Origin: Octopus vulgaris
Lineage: Eukaryota
Direction of reading: 5' to 3'
Length of the DNA: 64,000 bases
Assembly (NCBI GenBank): GCA_951406725.2
Contig: OX597823.1
Span: forward strand, 98,084,001-98,148,000
Shown: in pieces, positions 21,256-34,870 of the stretch
Position numbering within the stretch: the first letter of the stretch is position 1
Layout of the letters: each line of letters starts with the position of its first letter
Translations under genes and position numbers: made by a program
Notes under the pieces: generated by a model
What the model was told of the DNA's origin: nothing
Seen by the model: only the letters and a program-made list of their open reading frames with translations
The model's database searches: none

Positions 21256-24200
21256 GTAAGTATTTTGATTTCTTGCTTTTTAAAATGGTACAGATCAACC
21301 AGACCTTAACCTCCTCTTTTGCATGTTTATTATATTCCAATTAGTATATTCTTCAGTTACCTTCAGTTTCTTATCCTTTTTTTTTTACATGCATTTCATT
21401 TACCCGAGGAGCATCATCATCATCACTACCACCACTACTGCCATCATCATCATTATCATCATCCTTTACACTTCTGCATGCCGGCATGGGTTTTATGGGT
21501 TTCCTTTTGCTTGTATGTTCCATTTTTGACCTGGTTTGTATGACTGGATGTCCTTCCTCTTAACAACCGCTTTACAAAACGTATTGAGTGCACTTTTGTT
21601 GTGGAACTAGTTGTAAAGTAGTTGTTTTGTTCCCAGCAAACCAGAAGAGTCTTTTGCTCCTCACTGCTGGCTCCAGAAAGTAGTCTCCTCTTCTCAGTGT
21701 TGTTTCCATTTCCTTTCTTCATAACTGAGTGAGAGGAAGAGAGGGCGATCAGAAAAGACCAGTGTGGTAAAAGCAAGGAGGTGATAGAAGAGAATATAAG
21801 GGAAAGAACCAGAGTATGAGTGTGGTTGGCGAGAGAAAGAGAGAGGTAGGCAGCTGCTTGAAGGTTGTTGTTGTTGGTGGGGGGGGGGGGTGAGCAGCAG
21901 CAGCAATAGCATGACTAAGGGAATGATAACAAAGAGAGTAATGGGAGAGAACCAGCCTGCGAGTATGAAAGACGGGAGAGTAATAGAAGAGGACCCAAGT
22001 GGTTGGCACAAGTGGGTGATGCGGGAGAGAGAGTGGTAGACAGCTACATGGTGGCTGGGTCATGGGTTAGAGAGAGAGAGAGAATTGGAAAAGAGATAGA
22101 ATGATGGAGATGGATGATAGGGTTGAATATGGACAGACCTGGTGCTTTGCTGTCTGTTGTTTCACAAGTGATGGGATGCCAGAGAGATAGTGTTATGAAC
22201 AAAGAGGGAAGATATTCATGATATTCAAATATAAGTATCTCAAACTCCATCATCATCCTCATCATCAGTTTTGCAACTGTGTTTCCATGCTTATATGGTT
22301 GGATAGATCTTCTCTAGCATATTTCTTCATTTGTCAAGATGTTTCCTCATCTCTTTCATGAGGTCAGCCTCTTGAGATCAGTTTTCATAATTTTGTTTCA
22401 TGTCTTCCTTGATCTCTTTTCTTGTCCATTGGTTCTGTCCACTTGTAGCACTTGGCACTTCTTTTCACAATTGTCACCTTCAATACACATCACCTACCTG
22501 CACCAGCACAGTCTCTTTTCTTGTAAACTACATTTGATTTTCCCCATATGTCCAGATGTTCAGCTCATTTGTACTCTGTTGTTCATGCACGCCTACACTT
22601 GACATTCATTGTAGCATGCTCACTTCATTTTTTCCAGCCTTTGCATATCTTCTGCATTCAAGCCCATGTCTCACAGCATCGTACTTTGTACACAAGCATC
22701 ATACAATCTGCTCTTCATTTTGAGAGAGAAACTATTTGTTGCCAGCAGAGGTAATAGCTCCCTGAACTTTTTCCACCCTGTTCTTACTCTGGCAACTATG
22801 TTTTCAAAACACACCCATCTCCAGTTTTAATTAGGTCACCTCACTAACAATAAGATAAGCTATCAACTATATCTATAGAACCTTCCTAGTATTGGAAGAA
22901 ATTTATTTTACGTGTAACTAGCAGTATCGCCTGGCATTGCTCGGGTTTGTTTTGACACTTTAGCATTGGAATTTTTGAAAAGTAAAAATTTTGCATTATG
23001 TAGCTTGTTATTCTCTTTAAGTGAACATTTTTCTGGTTGCAATACACCAAAAAATGGCAACACAGCAGTCAAAAAATTGTAATAAAATAGGGATTTTCAT
23101 AGGAAAAAAGCACCTTTTTGATGTAAATAATTTTTGGTGTTAACATGGTCCGATTTGAATTTTTTCTTCTACAGAAGGAAGAGCAAGCCTTCTTCTATCA
23201 TACTCTCAATTTTGGTCAACTTGCACTGTAGGGTCTTGGAGGAGATAGTGTTAGTTGAAGGCTACCAAACCTGCCATACACACACAGACAACTTCAGCTT
23301 AGAGATTATTGTACATCTGCTACATATAAAGTCTACCTTTTCTGTCAGCCTTTATACGATCTCACTACACCTCTTGTATCCATATTTCGTTCTGGTTGCA
23401 CCATAAATGTCCACTTCTCCAATGATTTCCTGCCAACTTAAACTTTACTAGGTTTATTTTGGGACCTCTCAATTCTAGATTTTGTTTCTAAATTAGGAAT
23501 TTCTTCTCTAAATCTGTGACAGATCCAGTTATGAAGGCTAAGCTATCACCATACAAAAGTTCCTATGGGCAACTGATCTTAAACATCTTTGTTATGGCCT
23601 GGACGACTTAATAAACAGGAGAAGGATGAAAACTGAATTTCGGTATATCCCTACTTGTGCCATTAAAATTGCTGCTATACTCATTGTTAATGCTTACTTT
23701 ACTGACTGCACTTCTCTTCACGGCTTTCCATTTACATACTGGTTTCTTTAATGACCATCAGATTATAGAGTGTGATACTCTGAGCTCACCAAATGCTAGC
23801 TGGAGTAGCTTACTCCTAGCTAAGGAAGATTAATATCAGTTGTACTGCATTCTGGTACAAAGCCAAACTGTATATCATAAACTTTTTCAGTAAATTTCAT
23901 AACCTGGTCAATCAATTTAATGCATTTGTTGTTTCCTCTCTCTAGTGCTCCTCCTTTATTCTTGTAACCATTTTTCTTTTACTTGCTGGGTCAGGAAGAA
24001 GGATAATGTCCACTGTCTTTGCAGGCCTTCTTAAACTTAGGACACCGAAGCCCTTAATGTTCCACTTGAACCTTTGTAAATCAACACACAACAGAAAGAC
24101 ATGAGCAGGGCTGGAATTCTAGAGGGTCAATATTCTGGGAACCTTAGAAAGAACATTTGTCAATAACTAATATTAAATTGTTTTAATATGGCGGGGAACA

Positions 24201-27200
24201 ACTCCAGATAGGTTTTAGTCTTATGCCCTCATCAGCAAAATACATTCTTCACTGTACTTGTTGAAAGAATGATGAAAGAACCATTAAATAAATGTACACA
24301 TTACACACTAATTAATGTCAGAAATATAAAAACGTAATGCTCTATTTCTTTTTTCTGTATTTTTGCATGCATTAAAGTAGAATTAGCAGTTCTACATCTT
24401 AATTATCCAGCTCTCCATGTATCTTTTGAAAACAGTTGTGATAAGTTTATATAAAAGTAGAGTTGAAGAAGTTTAGATCAGTTGTTTAAAATTTCTAATC
24501 CTTCTAAATGTGAAAACTTGAGAAAATTCCTTGGTACCCTCCTCTAAACCAGTTTCCTCAAATAAGAAAGTTTTATAAATTTTGTAAGAAGAGTTAGTGA
24601 TAAGAGTTCAAATCCTGCATGACACTGAATTATTGGGAAAGCATGTCAATGTTAAATTTTTTGTATTTGGAAGAATGTCCTGTTCTACAATAATTTATTT
24701 GCAGAAATATATAAATTTGTTTATTTAGTTATGGTTAACTACAGTAAAAAAAAAATAACTTAAGATAGTTACTTTTTACTTTTATCGATTTTAATCTTTG
24801 CAAAACTTCTGATATTTTTATCTAATTTGTGTCAATGGTCTTAGGAAGAAAACTATGCAAGCAAGTTGAAGAAATCTGAGAAGAAAAGCCGGAAGAAAGC
24901 AGCAATGTGTGAAAATGAGATTGAAGCTGAATTTAAAGAGGAGTTGGATGCCATTAGTCGCCCCCAATTAATTGATTTGTGGCCACTACGTCTGACCTGC
25001 TGGCTCTATACAAACACCCTCAGTATTCCTCTCTACTACTGTCTACTTAGACAATATCTCATATCTTGGAGAGAGAGATGTAAAGAAGTTGAAGTGGAAG
25101 AAGAAAAAACCCCTATTCAAGGTTTGTGTTGTCATGGAAATTTTACAATTCACTGACTCTTAACAACAGTCCATTACAGATTTAATATTGTTATTCAAAG
25201 TACAAATTATCAATCATATTCCACCTTATTACTTATATTGTAAGACAGTATATAATTATTAGGGGATATTGTGTACACAATGTTACATCCATGTGTAATT
25301 ATTTTAGAGCATTCATAGTGATTTCCTTCTTTTTTTTGGTTTTGAGATTAGATGTAAACAAAAACATACCAATGATATTCTATCCCACTTGGTTTACTGA
25401 GATTATAAGAAAACAAAAGTGAACAGGACTTCTGGTGGACCGTTCCAGAAAAACTGCTTTACAAGCAAAGAAATTTTCTATGTAATCTCTTAATTTGCTA
25501 AAAATAACAGATTTTCTTCAAACCACATGCTTTGGTCTTAAAATAGGTCACACTGAATATCAGTGGTATATAAAAACACTGAATTGTCAGTGGTATACAA
25601 AAAGATAGTGCGATGGTCACAGCTGAAATGATCAAAAGTCTACTCAATTAAGGCTGATCTTGAGTAAAACAGTGCAGACAACAGCAACAGTCTCAGTTGT
25701 AAAATGTGTAGGTGGTTATGAGGTGCAGGCATGGCTATGTGGTAAGAAGTTTTTTGCTTCCTGACCACATGGTTCTCAGTTCAGTCCTACTGTGTAGCAC
25801 TTTAGGCAGGCTAACCTAAGCCTTGTGGAAAGATTTGATAGACTGAAACTAAAAGAAGCATCTTGTGTGTGTGTGTGTGTATGCGCACGCATGCGCATGT
25901 GATACTGTCTCCCTGCCTTGTCATTGTGTGATAGTTGCAAACAAGTATTGTCATGCAAGCAGTGTCCTTAGTTACTAAACTTCCATGAAAACATGTCTAG
26001 TCATGGAGAAATGTTACCTTACTTGGAAACAGGTTGGTTATAGGAAGGACATCCCAACAAAGGAAAATCTACCTCAACAAATTCTGTTCAACCCATGCAA
26101 ACATGGAAACAAATAGACTGCAGAACAATTGATGATAATAATAAAAGATGTGTCTTGATACAGTTTCTGTCTTTGATCAGTGACTCTTACCCAAGGGTTG
26201 TGCAATGGAATCACATGGTTCCAAGTCATTATTAACCTTTTTGTTACCATATTTCTGAAAAGCACTATTTTAAATAACGAGGGATTTTGTAAAATAACTT
26301 TTTCATTATTGAGTTGATGTTTGGAACCGAGATTAACATGAAATTTTGATGGGAGGTTTTGGTTTAGATCACTTCAAAGAGGAAGTTTGTATCCTAGAAC
26401 CTGGGGTCAATTTCAGGTGAGTTAATAAGAGTTTGAGATTTCATTGAAATAACCAGCTCAGGTTTTTAAATTCAGCTTTTGCTCTCTCCATCTTCAAAAG
26501 TAGAATTTGTAGAAATTACAGAATAGGTCATTATCTTCCAAGCTGTATTAATATTGGAAGCAATACAAAAAGGAAGAAGTATCACAGTGGATTAAGACGG
26601 CTCTGCTAAAGTTGCTTGGTTTGCAAATTGCATTTGTAGTTTCATTCAGCTCCTGAAATTTTGCTCTTTTCCTTTGTACATTGTAGAACCAGTAAAGAAA
26701 GTCAAAAAACGTCAAAGGATTGAACTTCCAGAATATTCTGCTGAGACGTTTGCATCTACAGCTGCTGTAGCGTATACTCCTTCCATTGACATCACTCTTG
26801 ATTCAAAGCCTGAACAAAAAATAAAGGTAAATAAATTATTCATCATTGTTTTTACATTCACTTTTTCCATGCTGGGTTAGCATGAAGCAGTATTCAACAG
26901 CCAGATGTCCTTTTTGTTGCCATTTCACTAAAAACTTTCTGGTTGAATATCACATGGGATTTTTACATTTTGTGAATATTAGAGATTGCATTGACTTAAT
27001 TTTAGGTCAACGTGAAAGAAATAAAATACGTGTTCTCTTCAGCTGTAAAGAAGTATTTAACATTTTCAATTACCAAAATACTATGATTTCTTTTTAGAAA
27101 ATTGTTATTGTTACCAGCATCGCCTTACTGGCATCTGTGCTGGTGGCATGTGTAAAAGATTCGAGCGAGGTCGTTGCCAGTACCGCCTGACTGGCACGTA

Positions 27201-30200
27201 AAAGCACCCACTACACTCTCGGAGTGGTTGGTGTTAGGAAGGGCATCCAGCTGTAGAAACTCTGCCAGATCAAGATTGAAGCCTGGTGTAGCCATCTGGT
27301 TCGCCAGCCCTCAGTCAAATCGTCCAACCCATGCTAGCATGGAAAGCGGATGTTAAATGATGATGATATTATGATAGAAGTAGCTTTCATACTTTATTTA
27401 TAAATAACTGCTGTTTTTGTCTTGCTGGTTTATGATATTTAACTAAAGATTTTTTTGGGTGGGGGTGAATGCGTGTTGTTCAGTGGTTAGGGTGTTGCAC
27501 TCATGATGTAGGATTATAGTTTCAATTCCTAGATTGGGCAGTGCATTGTGTTCTGGAGCAAAACACTTCATTTCACATTGTTCCAGTCCACTCAGCTGTA
27601 AATAAGTAACCCTGACAGACTGACATTCTGTTTAATAGGAATGTTGTGAGCTTAGCCATGTAAACAACATGAAAATTGGGTAGCCCTTTGGCTCCTGGGA
27701 CTTGAGATAATTATGTCTTAGGGCTGATAACAACTAAGAAAAAAAGTTAGTATCAAAGTCAGATTTGGCTGTTTCTGTTTTATTTTTAGACGTAAAATAT
27801 ATTTATTATTACTTTATGAATAAGTTTTAATCTTTGTGCTTTTGATTATTTATCTATATTTTAGTTAGTCAGTATTCCAAGATAACTTTTATATCACATG
27901 TTCATGAGAAAAACTAGCTCTCACAGTAGAAATAAACAGGTTTCCTTTATTTACATGTAAATATAGTCTGGTGTTGAATGGAATGAAGAAGAATATGCTT
28001 TGCTGGCCAGAGCTATTGCAAAATACCCTGGAGGAACTACGGGTCGGTGGGAAAAAGTAGCTGAGATGGTGGCTCGACCGGTTTCAGAGGTAACATTCTA
28101 ATTATTATTATATGTATAATTATTTATAATAAAGGAGGCAAGGGTGTTCCAAAATAACTTTTATCCTTTAAAAGTATGTTTTTTAATAAATGTATCATTT
28201 GCTGTGTGTTTGATGTAGACGACCCTAAAATAGTTAGATATCCATTTGTGTGCAGTTTTACGTTGCTGAATTCAAATTTTGTTTCTTTTCTTAAACATTT
28301 ATATAAATACAAGTAGTTAAATTCAATTGACTTTATCTTCTTCCTCGAATAACAAAGGACATTAAATCTAATCAAAAACAACTATTTAGAACATAGTTTA
28401 TAATGACCATTTGGCTTTATTCTACTAAATATAGCCTTGTTTTTGAATATCATGTTCTCTATTTTCATTTCGTGTTATTTTTATCTGTTACTCATCTAAT
28501 GTTTAGATTCTAAATATTCAGCAAGCTCTATTTAATTTGGCATTTAAATTTAGTTTCTCATTGTTTAGTGTATATTTATTTGTTTACATATGTATGTGTA
28601 CACACACACACACAGGACTTTCATCATCCTCTATATAGCTCTAAGCAATATAAAAAAAGCAAGGAAATGAAGTTGGCATTTTATTAATTTTTTTAATAGT
28701 ATTTTTCATCTATCATTATTTTTACACTAGAATAATTTCAGGTTCTCTTTCCAAAATTGGACATTTATATTTCCATAAAATGTGCTTCTTACAGTTAATG
28801 AAGTCTGTTGTCAGACTGAAGCAAGTAGGGTAATAAGTTTTGTCTCAAGCATGAAATAAAGTATGCCTAAGAGTTCAGAGGACCAAACTAAAAGACATCT
28901 TTCTTTCAAGTACTCTTCATGTATCCAGGAATGTAAAGAAGTTCTGTTTTTTTTGAAAATATAAGTTAAATTATTAAAAAAATCACTACTGCTATCACCA
29001 TTCATTTTTGAATTACAGGTTATAAGCAAATCAAAAAGCAACAAGAAAAACATTCTAGCAAATTCTATATCAGGCTTACAAGGTCAGTTGTTTTTCTCTT
29101 TTTAAATAAGCATGTGGCCTAGTGGTTTGTGTGTTGTATTCAGAAGCATATGGTTGTGTGTTGTATTCAGAAGCATATGGTTGTGTGTTCAATTCCTGGA
29201 CTGGCTGGTGCATTGTCTTCTTGAGCAAGGCATTTTACTTTATGTTGTTCCACTCTACACAGCTGAAAATGAGTACCACCCAGTACTAGTACACCTCTCA
29301 CTGTGTTCGTTTGTTATTTGTTTCACTGAGTCAAAGGTTAGAGGGCTGAGAGTGTGTCTATGCCATCTTACAACTCCGTAGACATCTAAATCAATAAAAA
29401 CAAGGTACATGCTGTAAAGTCATACTTGCTTGTGAATGACAGCTATGGGTGGTTTGGATTAATTTATTATCTCTTTTCCCTTAACTGGAAACTTTCATAC
29501 ATTGGCCCTTTCTCTTCCCTTTTCAGTTTGCTATAGTAGTGGTTTCATATCTCTTGAACTTGCTGTGTGCATTTGGCTTCTCTTTGAATTTATTCCATTT
29601 CATGCATGTCTGTACATTTCACCATCTGCACTCAATTTCTCTCTCTAAACACCTACCTCAATTATCATTCAAAGTTTTCCATTCTATACCTTATTATGTC
29701 ATGGTACTTCTTTCTATTTCAAATATACTTGTTTTACACTAACCTCCATCTGTTTGATTCCATATTAACTGCACCAATATTACTCATCACCACCATTCTG
29801 AATCAAGAGCCTTCTCTACCAAGTTAAGATTATTGCCATATTCAAGGAGAGTGCCTCTCCTTCAATATGGCAATAAGTATTGTCACCCTTACCAACAATA
29901 ACTCTGAGCACCTTTTCAAATTCCACCTGTCTAACACCCGTGGACATGTTTACAAAGTCAGAAAACAGCACAGCTCCTATGACTTTCGGAAACATTTTTT
30001 CATGCTAAGAGTTGCTGAAGCATGGAACAAACTGCCGGCATCAGTTGTTAGTTGTCGGAGCACTGCATCCTTCAAAACTTCCATGCTTCCCGAGATTCGC
30101 CAACACTACACCTGATTTTCTCCCTCCATACACACGCAAACATGTATCTGACTCATACACTGTTCACTTTCCAGACATTTGTACATTACTGCATATGCTT

Positions 30201-31008
30201 TATATGCACTTTTGACAAGTTGTGGTGCACCTGAGCACTGTATACAATAATTTCATTATTATTATTATTATTATCAATCTTTTTTATAACCATCATTGAC
30301 ATTGTTCTGACATTCCAGTTTCTTCTAATTTCTCTTTCTTATAAACCTTTGTTTAAAAATTCATTTTTCTTATTTTATTATTTCTTCTTTTTTTTCAGAT
30401 AGTGTAAATGTTAAACCAACAACAAAATCGAACTTTGTTAATGACAACATTATATCTACTAAAATGAATTCGGAAGTATTTTTAGATACAATGTATGGTT
30501 CTCAAACGCCAAGTGAAGAGAAAGGACTCTCATCTAATCAAAAGAAAAAAAACAATATTAAAACTGTAGCACAAAATATTGGTTCAATTGAAACAGTTGA
30601 GTCTGAAAAGGTCCAGACAAACAGTGTACCCTCAAAATCTCTATCAACTACTGATAGAAGCAATAGTAGCAGTCATAGTTCCCATATCAAAGTAACTGAT
30701 GAAATGTCAAGAGACACTCCAGATTTCTGGTCTCAGGCTGATCAGATGACTTTTGAAAAGATGTTGCGGTTGTATCCAAAAGGTACTGAGTTAAGATGGG
30801 AAAAAATTGCTGAAAAAATCCCTTCAAAATCTAAGGTATGAAGCAGTTTTCCTTTTCAAATAAATTAAATTTTGTTACTGTTCAAGACTGCGGCATAAAC
30901 TAGTTTATGTATATTCGTTACTATTTATTATAGGAGGACTGCATTTTACGATTCAAATATTTGGTAAGCATGATTAAAAAGAAGAAAGAAAGTTCAGCAA
31001 TGACGTAA
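21084..31008 (+). CDS. DNAJC1: DnaJ homolog subfamily C member 1 (MTJ1/ERdj1), 3' partial, 7 exons
   Basis: Frame-consistent GT-AG exons: 21084-21255, 24845-25121, 26687-26826, 27967-28089, 29019-29082, 30399-30835, 30934-31008. Contains NGLPDWKQPVFYYRRVRKM, a TM segment and two SANT domains. Confidence 0.93.
22260..23750 (-). mobile_element. Decayed RTE-clade LINE RT fragment interrupted by a Helitron-like element
   Basis: Minus-strand remnants resembling QAITKMFKISCP.ELLYGD.LA (about 23540-23650) and LATNSFSLKMKSRLYDACV (about 22680-22750); (GAT)n tail at about 22250. Confidence 0.65.
22918..23305 (-). mobile_element. Non-autonomous Helitron-like element, family H1 terminus
   Basis: A|CTAGCAGTATCGCCTGGCATTGCTCGGG, i.e. 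3' CTAG plus hairpin on the minus strand; same end as the element at 4665. Confidence 0.7.
24845..25121 (+). CDS. DNAJC1: DNAJC1 exon
   Basis: EENYASKLKKSEKKSRKK...RPQLIDLWPLRL...; splice phases fit both neighbours. Confidence 0.85.
25722..26140 (+). mobile_element. tRNA-derived SINE, family B head with family C-like (GAT)n tail
   Basis: GGTGCAGGCATGGCTATGTGGTAAGAAG...GTTCAGTCCTAC, (GT)n, AGGAAGGACATCC...CAACCCATGCAAACATGGAA. Confidence 0.7.
26687..26826 (+). CDS. DNAJC1: DNAJC1 exon
   Basis: PVKKVKKRQRIELPEY...EQKIK; phase 1 in, phase 0 out. Confidence 0.82.
27115..27368 (+). mobile_element. SINE family C (RTE-related tail)
   Basis: GGCACGTAAAAGCACCCACTACACTC...AGGAAGGGCATCCAGCTGTAGAAAC...CATGCTAGCATGGAAAG...(GAT)n. 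Confidence 0.8.
27967..28089 (+). CDS. DNAJC1: DNAJC1 exon (SANT domain 1)
   Basis: WNEEEYALLARAIAKYPGGTTGRWEKVAEMVARPVSE. Confidence 0.92.
29019..29082 (+). CDS. DNAJC1: DNAJC1 short exon
   Basis: cag|VISKSKSNKKNILANSISGLQ|gtcagt; restores the phase for the next exon. Confidence 0.78.
29890..30272 (+). mobile_element. CR1-type LINE 3' end (5'-truncated)
   Basis: NTRGHVYKV...RKHFFMLRVAEAWNKLPASVV...SFK is the CR1 ORF2 C-terminal signature; followed by a 3' UTR and an (ATT)n tail. Confidence 0.85.
30399..30835 (+). CDS. DNAJC1: DNAJC1 exon (linker plus SANT domain 2)
   Basis: WSQADQMTFEKMLRLYPKGTELRWEKIAEKIPSKSK. Confidence 0.92.
30934..31008 (+). CDS. DNAJC1: DNAJC1 last coding exon
   Basis: EDCILRFKYLVSMIKKKKESSAMT*; completes SANT2. 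Confidence 0.92.
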   Translation, partial: EDCILRFKYLVSMIKKKKESSAMT

Positions 31009-31191
31009 GGCCACAGAGGTAAGAAAACAAATGAAGGTATTGCTATAACTAATATGTAATTTCCAATATCAATTGTCATTCATAGTTATTCATTTATACC
31101 CTTGATTATATGGATTTTTTTTTTCCTTTTCCATTATATATCATATATACACGCACACACACATGTATGCATGTGTGTTTATATGCATATA

Positions 31192-31222
<31 letters not shown>

Positions 31223-31319
31223 GTGTGTAAATTGGAAAAAAACACCTTTTATCAATTCAAAGTGAGCGGTTGGGTTGCACCATCTGGAGAGTTGCATATG
31301 GTAGAAATATTAAAATTAC

Positions 31320-31568
31320 GGTGGCACGTAAAAAGCACCATCTGATTGTGGCCGTTTGCCAGCCTCGTCTGGCATCTGTGCTGGTGGCACGTAAAAAGCA
31401 CCCACTACACTCACGGAGTGGTTGGTGTTAGGAAGGGCATCCAGCCGTAGAAACATTGCCAGATCAGACTGGGCCTGGTGCAGCCTTCTGGCTTCCCAGA
31501 CCCCAGTTGAACCGTCCAACCCATGCTAGCATGGAAAGCGGACGTTAAATGATGATGATGATGATGAT
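31320..31568 (+). mobile_element. SINE family C
   Basis: Highly similar to the copies at 37268, 39040 and 55840; (GAT)n tail. Confidence 0.85.
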
Positions 31569-32674
31569 TTAACACATTTCTTCTTTGACATGATATTTTA
31601 TCTTCATTTTTGAAGCAGGGTAACTTATGACAAAATTCTTTGAAAGTTGTTTAATACAAAAAGAAAATTGAAAGTATTGATGTATTATTAGCTTTAGTAC
31701 CCAATAAACCCTCACCACCAAAAGGAAAATGTATGTTGTCAAGTTAGCAGCTGAATCGTGTGTTTTTAACATTAGTTTCCTGATGTAAGATATTAAGTAT
31801 GTAGAATTGGTAAGACCTACAGTAAAAAAATGTCTTGCAGAATATAGTTACAGCTATGAGTTTAAATAACACAGGTTAATTTTACCTTTCGTCCTTTCAG
31901 AGTTGATAAAATAAAGTACTGCTCAAGTATAGGGATCAGTTTAATTGAGTTTATCTTGTAGTCAGATTTGAGGCTTTGTGTCTAATTAAGAAATCAGTAT
32001 GACTGTTATATGTAATAGAAAAAAAACTGTGACATGTAGGTTGAAAGCCAGAAATTTGGGAGAAGTGTTAGTCAATTAAATCAACCCCAGTATTGGTCTA
32101 CTACATTATTTTGTCAATAGTCCCAGAAGAATGGAAGGCAAATTGACCTGGCAGGATTTGAACTTAGAATGTAAAGAGGTGGAACAAATACCACAATACT
32201 CTATCAATTCTGTCATAGAAATTTATATCACTTTTCAATGATTAGATTGGAGTGAGAACTTTAGAATTAGTACTTTCTTCTAAGTGGTTTGCACAAATCT
32301 TACCCGGATTATTTTTGACTTTCTCTCCTCTGGAGAATGTAATTGCCAAAATCAGCTAAAAGACAGAGTAATTCTAGCGTGTTTGGGGGATTTGTGTCTT
32401 CAAATGTGAATTTTTTCTCAACAACTTATTATTGATAGATCTGCACTTTGTCTACAAAGGATCAGTTTGAAAACAAACAATTCCTACAAGGTCTTTAATT
32501 TATCACTGATAATTCATAGGAATTTCACAACTTAAGCTGTATACTAAAAAAGGTATGAACTAACAAAGAAATCCCTACATGGTCACTCAGCTTGCTAGAA
32601 ATAGAAATCAAATATCCTTTGAACCACACTTCCATCTGAAAAAAGAAAACATTAGATGATGAAGTGTGTAAATC

Positions 32675-32890
32675 ATCATTATCATCATCATTTAATGTCT
32701 ACCTTCCATGCTGGCGTGAGTTGGTTAGTTTGAGTGATGCTGGCCAAGCTCTACTGTTTGTTTTGGTCTGGTTTCTACAACTGTTTGTAGAAGACTGTGC
32801 CAAGCTCTACTGTTTGTTTTGGTATGGTTCCTAATGCCAAACACTTTACAGTGTACTGGGTGCTCTTTATGTGGCACCAGCATCAGTGAG
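32675..32890 (-). mobile_element. SINE family C, diverged
   Basis: (CAT)n followed by TTTAATGTCTACCTTCCATGCTGG...CCTAATGCCAA...GTGGCACC. Confidence 0.6.
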
Positions 32891-34665
32891 GTCTCCAGAT
32901 AAATTTGTTAATCAGGATGAATTCAGGAGTAAAAACTTTAAGGTAGTAAAACTGAAAAGAAGGCTCTTATTTTGAAATTTACTCTGCTTTTGTACGAAAT
33001 TCATTGTATCTAGGTCCATCCTTATTACATTGCCTTAGGTACATCCTTACTGATAATAAATTATCAATCTAAGCTTTTTGCTTTAATAGTTTCTTTTATT
33101 TTGTTTCAGGGTTTTTAACTGACTATTGAAATTTACTGCTGGATGCTTGAGAATGCTTGACGAACAAGTGTTGTTTTCAATATAAAGTCTCCACACATCA
33201 TTTATATTAAAATACCAAAGAATATACCTCATTTGTTGCTTCTTCAGAGCTGGAATAGAATGAAAAAAAATACTCTTTGTTTTGTTGCTATTAAATACTT
33301 TTGTTACTGGAAGTTACCATTTAATACACTGGAAAACAAAACTAGATTCATTTGGTGATCAGAACTGTTAATCATTGTTACATTATGTCTTTCTTTCTAT
33401 AAAAAACACAGGTATATACTCACATTTCATAAAGTACATTTCCATATGGTATTGGTATACCTCACTGGGCCTTGCAGAATTATTTCAGGTTATTTCATAT
33501 GTAATACATTTTTATTTTAAATATATGAAATCTTTTACTAAAAATGATCACCATGTATGTCTATTAGTGTTTTATATGTGTCTTTGTATATATGTAAATG
33601 TTTTTATGTTTGTGGGTGCTTGTTTGAATATGCAAACATAAACATGTTTATTTCTATGTATATAAAAATATAAAAACAGTTAAATGTATATATCTAGAAT
33701 AGAGAGAAACAGAGAGTGTGTGTGTGTTGTTCACAATTTTTAGAGCAAGATGTATTTCTGTATGTAGATATATACATACACACAGATATGGTGCTGCTTC
33801 TTGATAACATTTGGTCTTCTGTACTACTTTCAAAGAAGTTCTGATTTTAATAACTGCCTCAGACACAGATTTCAATCAAGAATCTCTTAACTCTTATTTC
33901 TAATTTATTTTTTCGCCAAATATAAATGATATCAAAGACAAACATAATCATTTGGTCAGTATTTGTTTGTTCTTTTGTTGTAGCCTGTTATCTGCACTGT
34001 AAACAATATTTTTGTAGCAAAGAAACATCAAGATTGGCTTGGAGAATGTCTGTTGAATATTTCTATGATGGACGGAATTTATTATACTAACTCTTCCCAA
34101 CAAAAAATACTGTAGTCATGATGAAAGACTATTAGTAAGATTGAACAACATTCCAACATGTAGGACTTGTAGTTCAGTTGATTACATTCCTTGAGACAGG
34201 ATTTATACTTTTGATATTTTAGTCAGTTACTATGTTTTTTTTAAAAAAAGAAACATAATTCTAGTTGTTTTCTTTTATACTTGTACAAAACTCTCCACCC
34301 ATCCCAAATTTTCAGTGTTTATATCAGTTGCAGTTTATTGTTGAAGTGTTATATAACTTTATGTATTAAATGTTAATTATAATTTATGATTTTTTATAAA
34401 TGGGATATATACTATTTTTATAAAAATATATATTTAACTGTAAATAGTAAAATAGAAGTGAACCATATACACCTATCTTTGAAAGTTTTCAATTCATATT
34501 AAGGCTAATTTAATGCAGCTGGTAGATAAGTAGTGCATCTATAATACATTTATAAAAATAGAATAACTTTTAATTTGAAGAATTTAAAAGCCAAGTGATT
34601 CTGTTTCAATTATGTTACTGTTAACAGTTGAAGCCAGGTGAGTCTTTTACAATTATATATCATCA

Positions 34666-34870
34666 CTAGTATTATAACCCGATTTCATTCGGGTCTACTC
34701 GGCCAACGTTTTAAAGATGAGAAATTTTGCCCTAGAGGCCACGCCTTTCAATTGAGCAAACTCAAAGTTGCGATGCAAACTCGCCAGCACTTTTAACATA
34801 GGTGTGCAAATTTTCAGCTCAATCCGACCACATATGCACACATTATATATATACATACGCATTAAATATA
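34666..34870 (-). mobile_element. Non-autonomous Helitron-like element, family H2
   Basis: A|CTAG next to the hairpin ACCCGATTTCATTCGGGT. The core is repeated at about 35005-35135 and 38200-38380. Confidence 0.7.
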
